From NCBI RefSeq assembly GCF_006345805.1, contig NC_043001.1:70618001-70682000 (forward strand): DNA of 64,000 nt. Reading direction: 5' to 3'. The translations under genes were made by a program, and so were the position numbers. This stretch comes from Octopus sinensis. Lineage: Eukaryota. Within the stretch, counting starts at the first letter, position 1, and every line of letters starts with the position of its first letter. The notes beneath the pieces are model-generated. The model was not told the origin of the DNA. It did not search any database and saw only the letters and a program-made list of their open reading frames with translations. Shown one piece after another: positions 12,291-25,967 of the stretch.

Positions 12291-12929
12291 CGGTTTCGTT
12301 GTGGAAAGACGTGCTTTTCGTGTTCCTGAAACAATCAGGAGGGATTCCCTAAATCGACAAAAAATCTACTAAGACTGACAAAAAAAAAACCTAGTACTTC
12401 TTATATCACAACGGTATACTATAATATATTGGTAAAAAAATTTAATATATTACACCAAAAGTTTAATACATTACATTAAAGTCAGCGACGCAAGCCAGAT
12501 TTATCCTCGAAGAAAGCACGTGGTGACTAATCGTACTTTCATTAGTGGCCGTGTGTAAAGAATAGTCGATTTTTCTTTGAAACAAAACTTCGTACAAGAA
12601 CAAGGATTGGAATTTTACCTCTTGGGATTAAGTATCCTATTCATTTTGCTTATCTTGTTTTATCTTTGTTAATACCGGATGAAAATTTAAGTTAAACCGT
12701 ATCGTTTTTTTCACATTGTATTTGAAAATTTGCTGTAGCAAATTTGCTACGAAACCTCTTCTTTTTATCACTATCGTTTTTCATTTAACTTTTTCTTAAA
12801 GTTACATCTATGTTTACATTTTCCTTCAAGAATTTACGGTAGCAAATTCGTTACGAAACCGCTTTCTTTTCACTATCGTTTTTCACTATCTTTTTCCTTA
12901 CAGCGGCCCTCTATCTCTATAACTTTCGT

Positions 12930-13450
12930 GTTTATCTTTCCTTCATATCTTCAGTACCTGCTCCTCTCCTCTCGCTTTCATACTTTCCTCTTCTTCTCTC
13001 CTCTCTCATTCCCTTTTATATCTTCCCCTTTTCCGCTTCTCACTCCCTCCCTTTGTTTCTCTTTACACCTACCTCTCTCCCTCTGTCCTTCATACCTTCC
13101 CCTTCTTCTCACCTCTCTCCCTCCCTTTCATATCTTTCTCCTCTTCCCACTTCCTTCTCCCTCTCTTGTCACTCTCTACATCTATCCCTCCCTCTGTCTT
13201 TGATACTTTCCTCTTTTTCTCTCCTCTCCCTCATTTTGTCTCTCCCTCCTTTTCATATCTTCTTCCTTTTCCCACTTCTCTCTCCCTTCCTTTGTCTCTC
13301 TCTACATCTACCTCTTCCACTCTCATCTCACCCTCTCCCTCATACATTTCTCATTTTCCCTCCTCTTCCTCTCACTACGTCTCTCCCTTTCCCTCACATC
13401 CTTCATCCTCTCCTCTCTCTCCCTCACTTTGTCTCTCTTTCTCTTCACCT
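12930..13450. repeat. Polypyrimidine (CT-rich) low-complexity tract with degenerate ~120-bp periodicity
   Basis: tctacatcta(c/t)cct-like blocks recur near 13062, 13176 and 13301. Confidence 0.7.
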
Positions 13451-13982
13451 CCTGTTACTTATTTTGATTTATATATATATGCATACATATTCAGATATGA
13501 AATAGAACAACGTTAGTGTAATAACGGTATGAACCAAGTATACTTAATGCACACCCGAAGTTTATTTGCCGGTAGGCGACTAACAGCGTGATGGAAAATA
13601 TTCTCTGAAAGAGCCGGGTGTTAAATCACCGGAAAATTATTGACAGGCGAGATATCTCACCTGTAATCGTTGGCACTGTGTTTTTTCATTTCATATTTGC
13701 ATTTATTCTGAGGTATTTTTTGTCTGGGCATACTCGCACATAATTTGTATCCTATATACATATAGGCGCTCCCTGTTCGGCTACCTGATGTCGATAATTC
13801 ATAAAAGCTGTGAAACACCGATGTCCCCCACTCCTAGATGGAATTAGAAATGAGTTGTCACGCATGTCCTTGACTTTCAGGTATTTTAACACCTGACGAC
13901 TTGAGAGAGTAATCGTCACTGCGCTTGTTGGCGACCTGTTGGCAAATACAGTGTACGTATGCGTTATGTAGATGTGGTTGAC

Positions 13983-14053
<71 letters not shown>

Positions 14054-15213
14054 ACGACATTTATTTCAGATACACATATCTTCATACACACGCACATACA
14101 TATGTATATGTCGCAAATATTTTCAGTGTTTTTTCAAATTACACGAATTGTTTATTTTATGCGAAGTAATTGCTGAAAGTCAGACTTTATAGCCATTTGC
14201 AGCTTTTGGCAATTTTCGAACATTTTCAAATATTAAGTTTCTTTCATTTTGAAGGGACCCATCATTCCATATAGGATTGATACCATACCTTGGCAAGAAT
14301 GTTTCTTTAATACACATCATCTCATATCACTAAATATAAATTCTTTTAACTCAGCCTATGTAGAAAAACCGTCAACTGAAAATTGCAAACATTGATGTCT
14401 TGGGGTTTATTTTAAAAATAATTAGCCAGCTGATGAGCATCCGATATTCTCTAATCTTAGAGCAAGGTCTGCAATCTTAATAGAACACATGAATTCACTT
14501 GTGCAAGAAAGTAAAAAGTTGGTGTAATTTTTCATTTTCGAACCAAAATAACCACTTATCACCAAATGAAAATATATTAAATAGATATATATATATTCAG
14601 AAAATACACCTGATGTTGAGTATTGAAATATAAGTATATTGCATTTAAAACTAATCTAAATATCAATTGTCATTCCCTAAATATACTTGGATATTGACCT
14701 CCTCACAATACAAGAACAATGTGATTGGCAAAAGGAACCTCATACTTTTATAATACATCTATAGATTCAGGGAGTCGAAAAGAACTCTATCAGTCACATG
14801 TTGATAGATGAAGGGAAAATCATAAGTTTTCTTAGACAGAATTTTTCCTCCAAAGCTGAAGAAAAATTAATAAAGCTAGTAAAACAAAACAAAAAAAACA
14901 TGAAACAATGAAAAACAAAATGAACCAAAAGCTATTCGCTAGCCTAATAGCTAATATCTTACCAAACTTAGTAAAAACTGATAAAAATGATTGTTAATAA
15001 TTCCAGAAAGAGGATCGCCATTTATCGTACAAACATGTTCTGTATTGGAATCCAACCGATATCATCATTTCTTGGCCAGAAAACTAATTGGTGAGGTCTT
15101 TGGGATGAAGGATATTTTACGTTAACATCAGAGTACTAATCATTATCATACCGAAACACATTGTACAGAAAAATACATAATGAAAACACCAGGACTAATG
15201 AATGTGAGTGTGA

Positions 15214-15284
<71 letters not shown>

Positions 15285-15499
15285 TATGGGTGCGTATAAA
15301 ATAGAAAATAGCCCTACTAGTCACCGCACACATCCTACGTAAGCTACGTTCAATAGAGTGAAAATAGCAAAACCAAAATAAGACACAGCATATACCCAAA
15401 TCACGGAGCGCTGTGCTCGGTAGTGAGCGGTAGAAGCACGTAATAAAATTAATAATGGTTTTAAATTTAGGCGTAAAGCAAGCAATATTGCGGGAGTGG

Positions 15500-15876
15500 G
15501 TAAGTCGGTTACATCGACGGCAGGGGTCAATTGGTATATATTTTATCGAACCCCAAGTGATGAAATGTGAAATGGATCACAGTGGAATATGATCTCAGAA
15601 CGTAAAGAACACAAAATGATGTTAAGCATTTTACTGACGATTCTGCCGGTCCGCTGCCTTTGTTAAGAAAATAATTATTGGTTTCAAATTTTGTCCCAAG
15701 ACTATCAGTTTGGGGGAGGAATCAGTCGATTAAATCGATGCCAATGTTCAAACTTTACCTTTCAACTTCGAAAGGTTGAAAGGCAAAGTTGACCTCTGCG
15801 CCATTACCCAAACACAGACGAGACGCCGCGAAACGTTTTGCCCGGTGTGCTAAAGATCTTACCAGCTCGCCGCCTT
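15500..15876 (-). mobile_element. Two adjacent degenerate SINE family B copies (15500-15660, 15718-15876)
   Basis: Both end in the reverse complement of the aggc(a/g)gcg...ctgg.a.a.tc head and retain atcgac/gaaagg..gaaaggcaaagt blocks. Confidence 0.65.
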
Positions 15877-15953
15877 CTTTTTAAGAAAACAATTAAAATT
15901 TAAGATTTGCTGCAACATCTATTTCGCGATGAATTATAAAAATTATTGAATTT

Positions 15954-16070
<117 letters not shown>

Positions 16071-18340
16071 CATGTATGTATGTATGCATATGTATATATA
16101 TATATATATTATATATATATGTGTGTGTGTGTGTGGTGTGTGTGTGTGTGTGTGTGTACATGTTTTCATGTTTGAATGAATTCACGTAATAACGTCTATT
16201 CGACTTCCAGTTCGTTTATAATTTAATAAAACAATAATATAATAATATTATTATTCTGTTATAATATAATTTGATCAACAGCAGAAGTTAGAATGAAAAA
16301 AATGCCATGTTATATTCGTTGTGTTATTATCAAGAAGGAAAATATAGAGGTAAAATAATTAAGACGAGAATATAAAGACATATAAATGTCTATATAGTTG
16401 TGCATGTTATTGTGTGTGTGTATGTGAGTGTATGTTTGTGTGTGCGCGCCCGCACGCGTGCGTGTGCCTATTTGCCTGTGTGAGTATTTTTTCAAGAGTT
16501 ACCTTCACGATAAGGGTAGAAAATACGGTGTCCATTACACACAATTTAGGCTTTAGAAGGTGAAAGCCATAATTGTCCAAATAAAAGATGGACACATCCA
16601 TAGGAGTCTAGTTTAAAGATATTACTTCAGAAACATAACTAATAGCAAGTGGGGGAAAAAGATCTCTTACAAATCTTCACGAAGTAAGTAAGGAAAACAA
16701 TCCAGATTATCTCGTTGAGAGTTGTAAGTGTTACAGTGAGGTGGAGTTTAAAACAAGATGTGGAATATGAAAATATATTTAGGAAAACTAAAACATGGTC
16801 GCAATACTATTTTGTGCATGATAAAAGAGGGGACATAATCTCGGAGCAAGCTTGAAGACGTGATTACATGAAAAAGAATCTTCTGTGTTATGATGTGGAT
16901 TAGGAATACAGAGTTGACATTGTGAGAATAGGATTAATATATCGAGATTTATGACAAGGTTTCCCACAGCATCTGGGACACTAATATTTGAGCCCACTGA
17001 CATGAATATTCATTGAGAGACAGTAAGAAAGCATATGGCCATTTCTATCCTATAGACCACCGCCTTCAGAGGACAGGGAGTAAAATGTAGTAAAATGTAA
17101 GACTGTCGGTTATAAAACACATTAAGGGAAGGTCAGAAATTCATATAGAGATTCATCATTAATTGGAAAACTATTAGAGCATAGATAGGAGGGGACTTTA
17201 GAATGGAAGGGAAATAATCATTTAGAAGAAATAGAAACCTGAAATACCATGAATAAGGTCAGTCTTACAGGCAGCAATTTGATCAGTTGAATGTTCTAGG
17301 AAAAACTGAACTGAAGAAAAGTTAACAGAAAATTCTTCGAAAATTCTTGAACGGCAAAGTCAGAGAAGAGAGTGATGGGTTTCCGTTTTTGGTTTCCCTA
17401 CATGTGTGAAATTATTTCATAAGTAATAAACCAAATGAGAATCCTTCATTTCATTTGAAATACTGAACTGAAAACAACAGAAGATAACAAGATTAAATAA
17501 GCTGATATCACAACAAAATGTTCTTGGTGTCAATGAACACCTTCCATGGGCAACATGGCACAAGAAATATCCTTGTATGATACGGCCTCTCAGGTTACTA
17601 CTCTCAGAGGATACATAACACCTGAGTTATATAACACCTTATATGTAACAGCAGAGTTAGGGCTCGTAGCTTCTTGCCGACTGCAGGTGCAAGCGGTGAG
17701 ATTAGTACAAGGGAAGTGTTATGTTTTAGGTCCTATAATACTGCTGAAACGGTCCTGGGTATGGGTTTCCTGGCAAGGGAGTTTCCATTTTATTTAGACG
17801 TTTCTGTATATTTGAAAGTAATGGTTTCGATATTGAAAGTGTGTTGGCTGTACTGACATGTGAATAGGTTATACGAAATTCAGTGTTTGCGTTTAGAGTA
17901 GTAAAAAATAGATATGAATAAAATGACTGTGAAGACTGCAGAGGATTATATGTCAATTGGTGATATGTTGTGCGGCGGAATGTTAATTGAGATGGCTTTG
18001 AATTTTGTTAATGAAGGCGATATTCATTGATGCAGAAATGAATCTTTTTTGTGAACAGAGGTGAGAATTTAAAGTAAGGCCAAAGGTCAGTTTTGGAATT
18101 AAATTGTTTCTTTTTTAGATGATAAATTAGATTATGTTAAAGAATCGGGTGTGTGAGGTAGGATGGTAAAGAGTAGAGGATATGTCTGTGACAGTACAGC
18201 AGTTAATTGAGAAAGACGTGGTGAGGAGTATGTGAAGTTGTGTAGAAGTCTGTATGTATATATGCGTGTACATATGTGTGCCTACATATATATGTATGTA
18301 TGAACGAATATATATATGTGTGCGTGTGTATGTATGTACG

Positions 18341-18400
<60 letters not shown>

Positions 18401-19116
18401 CATATATATATATATTTATACATACATACATACATACATACATACATACATACTTGAAAATGGATGCGTGGTTTTCAATTAAATAATATTATATAAATGA
18501 ACCCAACGCATCCATTTCCAAGTAAGTTTATCTTAACTTTTTTGCTGCGACTCTACTTTATACTCTTTTCTTCCCCATCCTTCTTTTATTCCCTTTTCTT
18601 CCCTTCACCGATTTCTATCTGTCTCTCTCCCCCTTTCTATTTTTCTCTCTTTCGTTGCTCACACGTGACTATCGTCCATTTCTCCTTTCCTAACGTAACC
18701 ATCTTTCTTTTCCTCTAGGACGTCCAAAGGACTGGACATCTATCTCTCCTATACTTTCCCTTTTCAAAGGAAATATTTCTCCATCGTTCGCTATTTTACC
18801 GTCGTTCTGCTCTAACGACCCTGAATGTTTGTTTTCGTTCGGTTTCCTTGTATGCCTCCACTGTCTTGTTTTCCTTCGTTTTCCACCTATATTTCTCCAT
18901 TGGCCTGTTTTTGATCACAACTTTGACCCTCCATAAATCCAAAGTTTTACTTTGGTATTTATAGGAGCAACTGTCTTCGAAGATTTACATTGTCGTACAA
19001 TGCTCGAAATAAGGAGTAGATAAACATGTGACGACTGATGAAGTGTCGTTCTTTGTGTTACTTGTCTTGTTGTTAGTGACATCCTTACCCTATATGGGTA
19101 TATATGTATATATATT

Positions 19117-19147
<31 letters not shown>

Positions 19148-19896
19148 GTATGTATGTATATGTATATATATTATATATGCATAAAAATGTATATATGTGT
19201 GTATATACGTATATATATACTTAAATATATATATATGTTGAAGATATGTTGTGAAGGTTGGCCAGTGTCAAGACGAAATTTTATTTTCATTTCGATAAAA
19301 ACACTCTAACATTTCATTGAGATAATCTTTCTATTGTCATCAGTACATTTCATACAACGACGACAACGCCATCAAATTTTGTATATGACTCTGTATCTGC
19401 CTATGAAAGTATGTAAGTGTATGAGTGTGTATATGTCTCACAGTGTGTGTGTGTCTTTCTGTGTTAGGTACATTTATTACACGTACGCACACACATCTAC
19501 ACATAAATCTACATATGTAACGACTGACATGTCTGAATGTATGAAGCTATATGGTTATCTTTGTACATGTGTGTGAGTGTATGCCAGGAACATTTAATAC
19601 AACAACGATTACAACGATGACGTCACATTTTCTATATGAGTGTATATCTGTGTGTATGAGTGTGTATGTTTGTGACTGTGTGTGTTTCCGCGTTACGTAC
19701 GTTATGAAATATACACGCACATCTACACATATACATATGTGCCGACTGATTTGCCTGAATGTGTGTATAGGAGCTCTAGACGTGAAACACTTGATATAAA
19801 AGCAAGGATTTGGCAAGGCCGAATTATATTTATAAAATGAAATATATTATATATATAGTCATTTGACTATATATATAATATATTATATATACCCTT

Positions 19897-20115
19897 TTAC
19901 CCTTTTACTTGCTTCAGTCATGTGACTGCGGCCATGCTGGAGTTCCGCCTTTAGTCGAGCAAGTCGATTCCAGGACTTATTCTTTGTAAGCCTAGTACTT
20001 AATCTATTGGTCTCTTTTGCCCAACCGCTAAGTTACGGGGACGAAAATACACCAGCATCGGTTGACAAGCGATGTTGGGGAGACAAAGATACATATATAT
20101 TACGGGCATCTTTCA
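19897..20115 (-). mobile_element. SINE family A, 3' half
   Basis: Reverse complement of the 53530-53720 segment. Confidence 0.85.
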
Positions 20116-20132
20116 TATATATATATACATAT

Positions 20133-20455
20133 CGCTAGCCACTACACATTCGTTATTTTATCTACTTGTTTCTTTCTGTGTTCCTTTCTCTCGAAGAGCA
20201 TAGGCTCGAAACGTTAAATACTTTGTCTCCTCCCCGAGCGTTATACTAATACATCTGTTTGTTGTCTACACCACCTGTCTTCGTCTTAGTTACTGTTTTT
20301 TTTTGTGTGATTTCTCCATATATGTTTAGTTGAAATTCAGAGAAAATCATAAGACGAAGACAGGTGTATAAATAACAAGTATACTAGTTTGTCGTTCGGG
20401 AAGTATGGAAATCATTTTTTACAATTCGAGCCTACGTTCTTCAAGAGAAATGAAT
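20133..20455. mobile_element. Tail-to-tail pair of a ~190-bp element family (20133-20318 +, 20341-20455 -; another copy at 31846-32031 +) with a hammerhead-like motif
   Basis: gaagagc(a/g)tag(g/c)ctcgaaacgt...gagcg.ta.actaatacatctgttt...caccacctgtcttcgtctt shared by the copies. Confidence 0.7.
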
Positions 20456-20509
20456 AAGTGGAAATAAACAGAGAGAGAATGAAAAAAGCGTATAGATTAC
20501 AGCGATCCA

Positions 20510-20745
20510 GTATGGCAAAATGTACTCGACGAATTGTTGCACCATATTTACCAGACCTTGGACCAACTGACTATCACGTTTTCCAGTCATTAGACAACTT
20601 TTTGCTAAGAAAAAATTTCAAATCTAAAGAAGATGCAAAAACAGCCTTTCATGATTTCATCACCTCTTGCTCTCCACAATTCTTCGCTGCCGGTATAAAT
20701 AAGCTTCCGATAAAATGGCAAAATTGTGTTACTCTTTTACTTGTT
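20510..20745 (+). mobile_element. mariner transposase C-terminal fragment
   Basis: APYLPDLGPTDYHVFQSLDNFL...F...GINKLPIKWQNCV (cf. HPPYSPDLAPTDYH). Confidence 0.85.
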
Positions 20746-20756
20746 TTAATCATTTC

Positions 20757-21513
<757 letters not shown>

Positions 21514-22078
21514 ATGATAACTTAGATGCATACTTTGAGTAACTGCATTGCTTTTTGCTGAGATAAGGTCAAGTGCACTTTCAATTCAAAATCGGACATT
21601 TCATTCTTAATGACCTTATATATATTTGTGTGTGTGTGTGTGTATTCTTGTATATTCCAATTTTGTTTGAATGTTCACACTCTGTAATGTTTCGTCCCCT
21701 TGTTTGCTTTCTCGCTATTCCTCAGTGGCTTCTCGTTGCTGACGCCACCATAGAGGATCAATAATATCGTTTAAAGCGTGAAATTGTTACGATCGTTTGG
21801 ACGATACCTGTTGAGGATTTACCGACTTTCTATATGTGTATTTTCCGTTTGTTCTGTTTGTTTGTTCTGTTTGTTTGCTCTCTCTATTTGTAATTTTCGA
21901 ACATATCATTTAATGTAACGCCACGCACCTTCTTATTTTGTAAATATTCTATGGATATATTTTTTCGTGTGACGCCTATTTTGATTTTCTTTTTATTTCT
22001 TTTCTCTCCCTCTTGCCTTCACCTCTCTCTCCCTCTCTTTCCTCCCTTCCTTAACACTTTCTGCCGTCTTGCTACATT

Positions 22079-22117
<39 letters not shown>

Positions 22118-22722
22118 TGACTTTCATCTCCCTCTCTGTTCTTCCAACACCCTTGCTCCCTATTTCTCCCTGCCCTCTATTATTTTCCTCCCTCATCCTA
22201 CTGCCACATGACCCGTGGTCATCTTCACCTCTGTTCTCCATTTCCTTTCTACGCCGAGCCAAACATTCGTCTTTTCCTTGTCACCAACTGTCAAAATTGT
22301 TTTCTATGTTGTTCCTTTCATTTCAAGTCCCTTGGGATACTTTTCCTGACGCTACCCATACATTCCTCTCACGTTTCAGCAATAAGTTCTTTTTCTGTGT
22401 ATATATAGTTCGTTTTGTTTGTATGTCCACATTTCGTCGTGTTTGCTTTAATCTATATCCCTTGGCCGATCGCTATTCGTCTAGTTTTGAATATATTTTG
22501 TGTGTATAATGTATATTCATTCCATTTCTGTTTGTGAGTTCCCAATCTGTCGTGTTTGGTCCCTTATTTCCAAGCAGCTTCTCGTCGCTGTCAACACCAA
22601 AAAGGATTAATATTATCGTTAAAGTTGTGAAATTATTTCGAACCTTCGAACGCAAGCTGATAAGAAATCCTTGACCTTCTATATGTGTGTTTTCCGTTCG
22701 TTTGCACTTCTATACCATTTTC

Positions 22723-22787
<65 letters not shown>

Positions 22788-23262
22788 CACACACTCACAC
22801 ACACACACACACACACCACACACACACACACACACAAATATAGATATATAAATCATATGTGGTTAAATTTTATTACGAGAAGAATTTGGAATTTCCTCTA
22901 GCTTGAAAACTGAGCTGTTCCTATGACTGTGTGAAACCTAATATGTTTGATGTCATGAAAGGTGGGAATTATTTCCGACGTTATAAGCACAAAACTTTGT
23001 TCGCGTTAGAATCGGTCTGACAATGTTTAAAAGGAAAACACCGATAAAACTACATTTTTATTAGTCTCTGCTATTTTTGTAACACACAGGAAATGAAGCA
23101 AATTATGAATTAGTATAAATATAAAATCATCTTTAATCTGTGTATTTAATATATCGTTACTATTTGTTCTATAGCAATGTTATATATACATATACGTGTG
23201 TGTGTATGCGTGTGTGTATTACATAAATAACTATATGTATATTATATATGAATACATTATGA

Positions 23263-23296
<34 letters not shown>

Positions 23297-23506
23297 TGTG
23301 CATATATATATATGTGTGTGTGTACATATGTATGTATATACACATGCACACACGCGCGCATATATATGTTAATGCATTTATGTTAATATATATATATATA
23401 TTATATATATATATATATATTGTGCATATATATATATGTGTGTGTGTACATATGTATGTATATACACATGCACACACGCGCGCATATATATGTTAATGCA
23501 TTTATG

Positions 23507-23547
<41 letters not shown>

Positions 23548-24256
23548 TCAATGATGTGATGTTTATCACAGTTTCTCTTGAATTCCTTTTGTTTGCAGAA
23601 AAGATTGATATCAATATTTGCATCGATTTAAATACTTCTCAATATTTGTAGGTGTCAGAGACGTCAGTTTGATGCTACTGTTTACATGTCAGACCTATAC
23701 ACTCTGATAAATATTTGTTGCACGATAAATGGAGAATGCAATAAATGATTGATAAATATGTGTCATTTACCTTACATGATTTATCCATTGGTGGTATAGC
23801 AATAGCCATAACCTTTCCTCAGTGTATCTGACACTGGTAAAGAAAGACTGGAAATTATCCGCAAAGCGAAGTCCTTAGTTAGTAGTTAGATATTGAAATA
23901 TTTCCCATATTCCAGTATTTCACTGCACGCAATCTACACAGTAGTGAAGACCCATGGTTTAGTACTTAATATGCAGCACTGATGATCGCAAGATCATGTT
24001 TTCGACTTCCTGCCGATGAATTTTTTCTTCAGGAACAAAACACTTTTTTGACATTGCTCTAATTCCCACAGCTGTAAATAAGTAACCCCAAGAAAGATTG
24101 CGTCCTGTTCAGTGTGAGACGTTGACACATTATTGTTGCCGGTCGGGACACATATTAAGCTCCAAGGTATGGTTGAGGAGAAATAATATACTGCTATTTC
24201 TAACATCTAAGGGTTTTTACCTTCTCGTAATAATTGTGATTTATTCACAATTATGC

Positions 24257-24298
<42 letters not shown>

Positions 24299-24527
24299 TA
24301 TATTAATCAATTTAGGGTAGCAAAAAATTCAGTAAAAATTTATCGCTACCAGCGGCTAGTGGAAAAGAAAAAAGAGAAAATAGCAAAGATAAATATATAT
24401 AAATATAACAATTTAGGAATGGCCTAAACAGGCCATTCGTCCACCAGAAAGAGCAGCCAGAACTCAAACCGCCAAGTAGTGCAATTCGGAAATAAGGTGA
24501 AAATTTAAAAACGTTTACCCTAATTCA

Positions 24528-24628
24528 TCTTTTATACGATGCATCGTTTCGGTGTTTTTAATGATAGACCAGCTTAATTAAATTAAATTAAGCTAGTCTA
24601 CCATAGGTCACACTTCATCAGTAAAAGA
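24528..24628 (-). ncRNA. Type I hammerhead ribozyme (inverted monomer)
   Basis: Reverse complement of the 25190-25290 motif. Confidence 0.85.
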
Positions 24629-25189
24629 AACCTGGGAGAGACGAATATACACGAGGCGACTGTATCAATGCCTCGGGAATATCTGTCTTAAAATTTTCAA
24701 GACCAACGCATTCGCGCCAAACTTATCGGCAGCAAATATAAACTGCCGATTCAATCTCAGAATTAGTCAGAAAATTATCAATCAAAAAACACCGAAACGA
24801 TGCATCGTATAAAAGATGAATTAGGGTAAACGTTTTTAAATTTTCACCTTATTTCCGAATTGCACTACTTGGCGGTTTGAGTTCTGGCTGCTCTTTCTGG
24901 TGGACGAATGGCCTGTTTAGGCCATTCCTAAATTGTTATATTTATATATATTTAGTCTTTGACTATTTTCTCTTTTCCACTAGGCCGCTGGTAGCGATAA
25001 ATTTTTACTGAATTTTTTGCTACCCTAAATTGATTAATTGATAATTTTCTGACTAATTCTGAGATTGAATCGGCAGTTTATATTTGCTGCCGATAAGTTT
25101 GGCGCGAATGCGTTGGTCTTGAAAATTTTAAGACAGATATTCCCGAGGCATTGATACAGTCGCCTCGTGTATATTCGTCTCTCCCAGGT

Positions 25190-25290
25190 TCTTTTACTGA
25201 TGAAGTGTGACCTATGGTAGACTAGCTTAATTTAATTTAATTAAGCTGGTCTATCATTAAAAACACCGAAACGATGCATCGTATAAAAGA
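25190..25290 (+). ncRNA. Type I hammerhead ribozyme, predicted cleavage GUA after 25283
   Basis: Stem I UCUUUUA/UAAAAGA (7 bp); CUGAUGA 25197-25203; stem II A.C plus GUGU/ACAC with a 19-bp insert hairpin; GAAA; stem III palindrome ACGAUGCAUCGU. Confidence 0.88.
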
Positions 25291-25664
25291 TGAATTAGGG
25301 TAAACGTTTTTAAATTTTCACCTTATTTCCGAATTGCACTACTTGGCGGTTTGAGTTCTGGCTGCTCTTTCTGGTGGACGAATGGCCTGTTTAGGCCATT
25401 CCTAAATTGTTATATTTATATATATTTAGTCTTTGACTATTTTCTCTTTTCCACTAGGCCGCTGGTAGCGATAAATTTTTACTGAATTTTTTGCTACCCT
25501 AAATTGATTAATTGATAATTTTCTGACTAATTCTGAGATTGAATCGGCAGTTTATATTTGCTGCCGATAAGTTTGGCGCGAATGCGTTGGTCTTGAAAAT
25601 TTTAAGACAGATATTCCCGAGGCATTGATACAGTCGCCTCGTGTATATTCGTCTCTCCCAGGTT

Positions 25665-25765
25665 TCTTTTACTGATGAAGTGTGACCTATGGTAGACTAG
25701 CTTAATTTAATTTAATTAAGCTGGTCTATCATTAAAAACACCGAAACGATGCATCGTATAAAAGA
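25665..25765 (+). ncRNA. Type I hammerhead ribozyme, predicted cleavage GUA after 25758
   Basis: Same motif one unit downstream. Confidence 0.88.
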
Positions 25766-25886
25766 TGAATTAGGGTAAACGTTTTTAAATTTTCACCTTA
25801 TTCCGAATTGCACTACTTGGCGGTTTGAGTTCTGGCTGCTCTTTCTGGTGGACGAATGGCCTGTTTAGGCCATTCCTAAATTGTTA

Positions 25887-25937
<51 letters not shown>

Positions 25938-25967
25938 ACAAATATATATATAATTTTTTATTTTGTT

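Larger units (their letters stand above)
24302..25883. repeat. Hammerhead-bearing 474/475-bp unit: one inverted monomer (24302-24783) joined head-to-head to ~2.3 direct copies (24784-25883)
   Basis: caccgaaacg at 24790, 25264 and 25739; copies nearly identical; both ends in (TA)n. Confidence 0.95.

Noticed and set aside
16620-17960. Possible very old PLE/LINE remnant (LYEIQC, CEDC..LYV traces)
   Set aside because: Motifs too fragmentary to support a call.
19035-19041. Isolated CTGATGA hits (also 11698, 23979, 29835, 30932, ~44606 minus, ~6553 minus as GTGATGA)
   Set aside because: No correctly placed GAAA plus NUH plus stem I could be built; at most decayed remnants.
21678-22705. Weakly similar ~180-bp segments at 21678-21860 and 22530-22705
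   Set aside because: Old diverged repeat copies without interpretable motifs.
23296-23525. Exact ~124-bp tandem duplication inside microsatellite sequence
   Set aside because: Likely slippage or assembly artefact; no structure of interest.
23590-24100. Several possible exons on both strands (also ~30615-30658 minus, ~33708-33748 minus, ~50915-51030 minus)
   Set aside because: Mutually inconsistent strands and phases; could not be chained to the four candidate exons.
25097-25107. TTTGGCGCG (E2F-like) motif in the 475/481 units and, reversed, in the 506 unit
   Set aside because: A 9-mer with no supporting context; it may only reflect base-pairing needs.
24302-25883. Tandem arrays as CRISPR or simple satellite
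   Set aside because: No short repeat with unique spacers; eukaryotic context; few long structured units with ribozymes.
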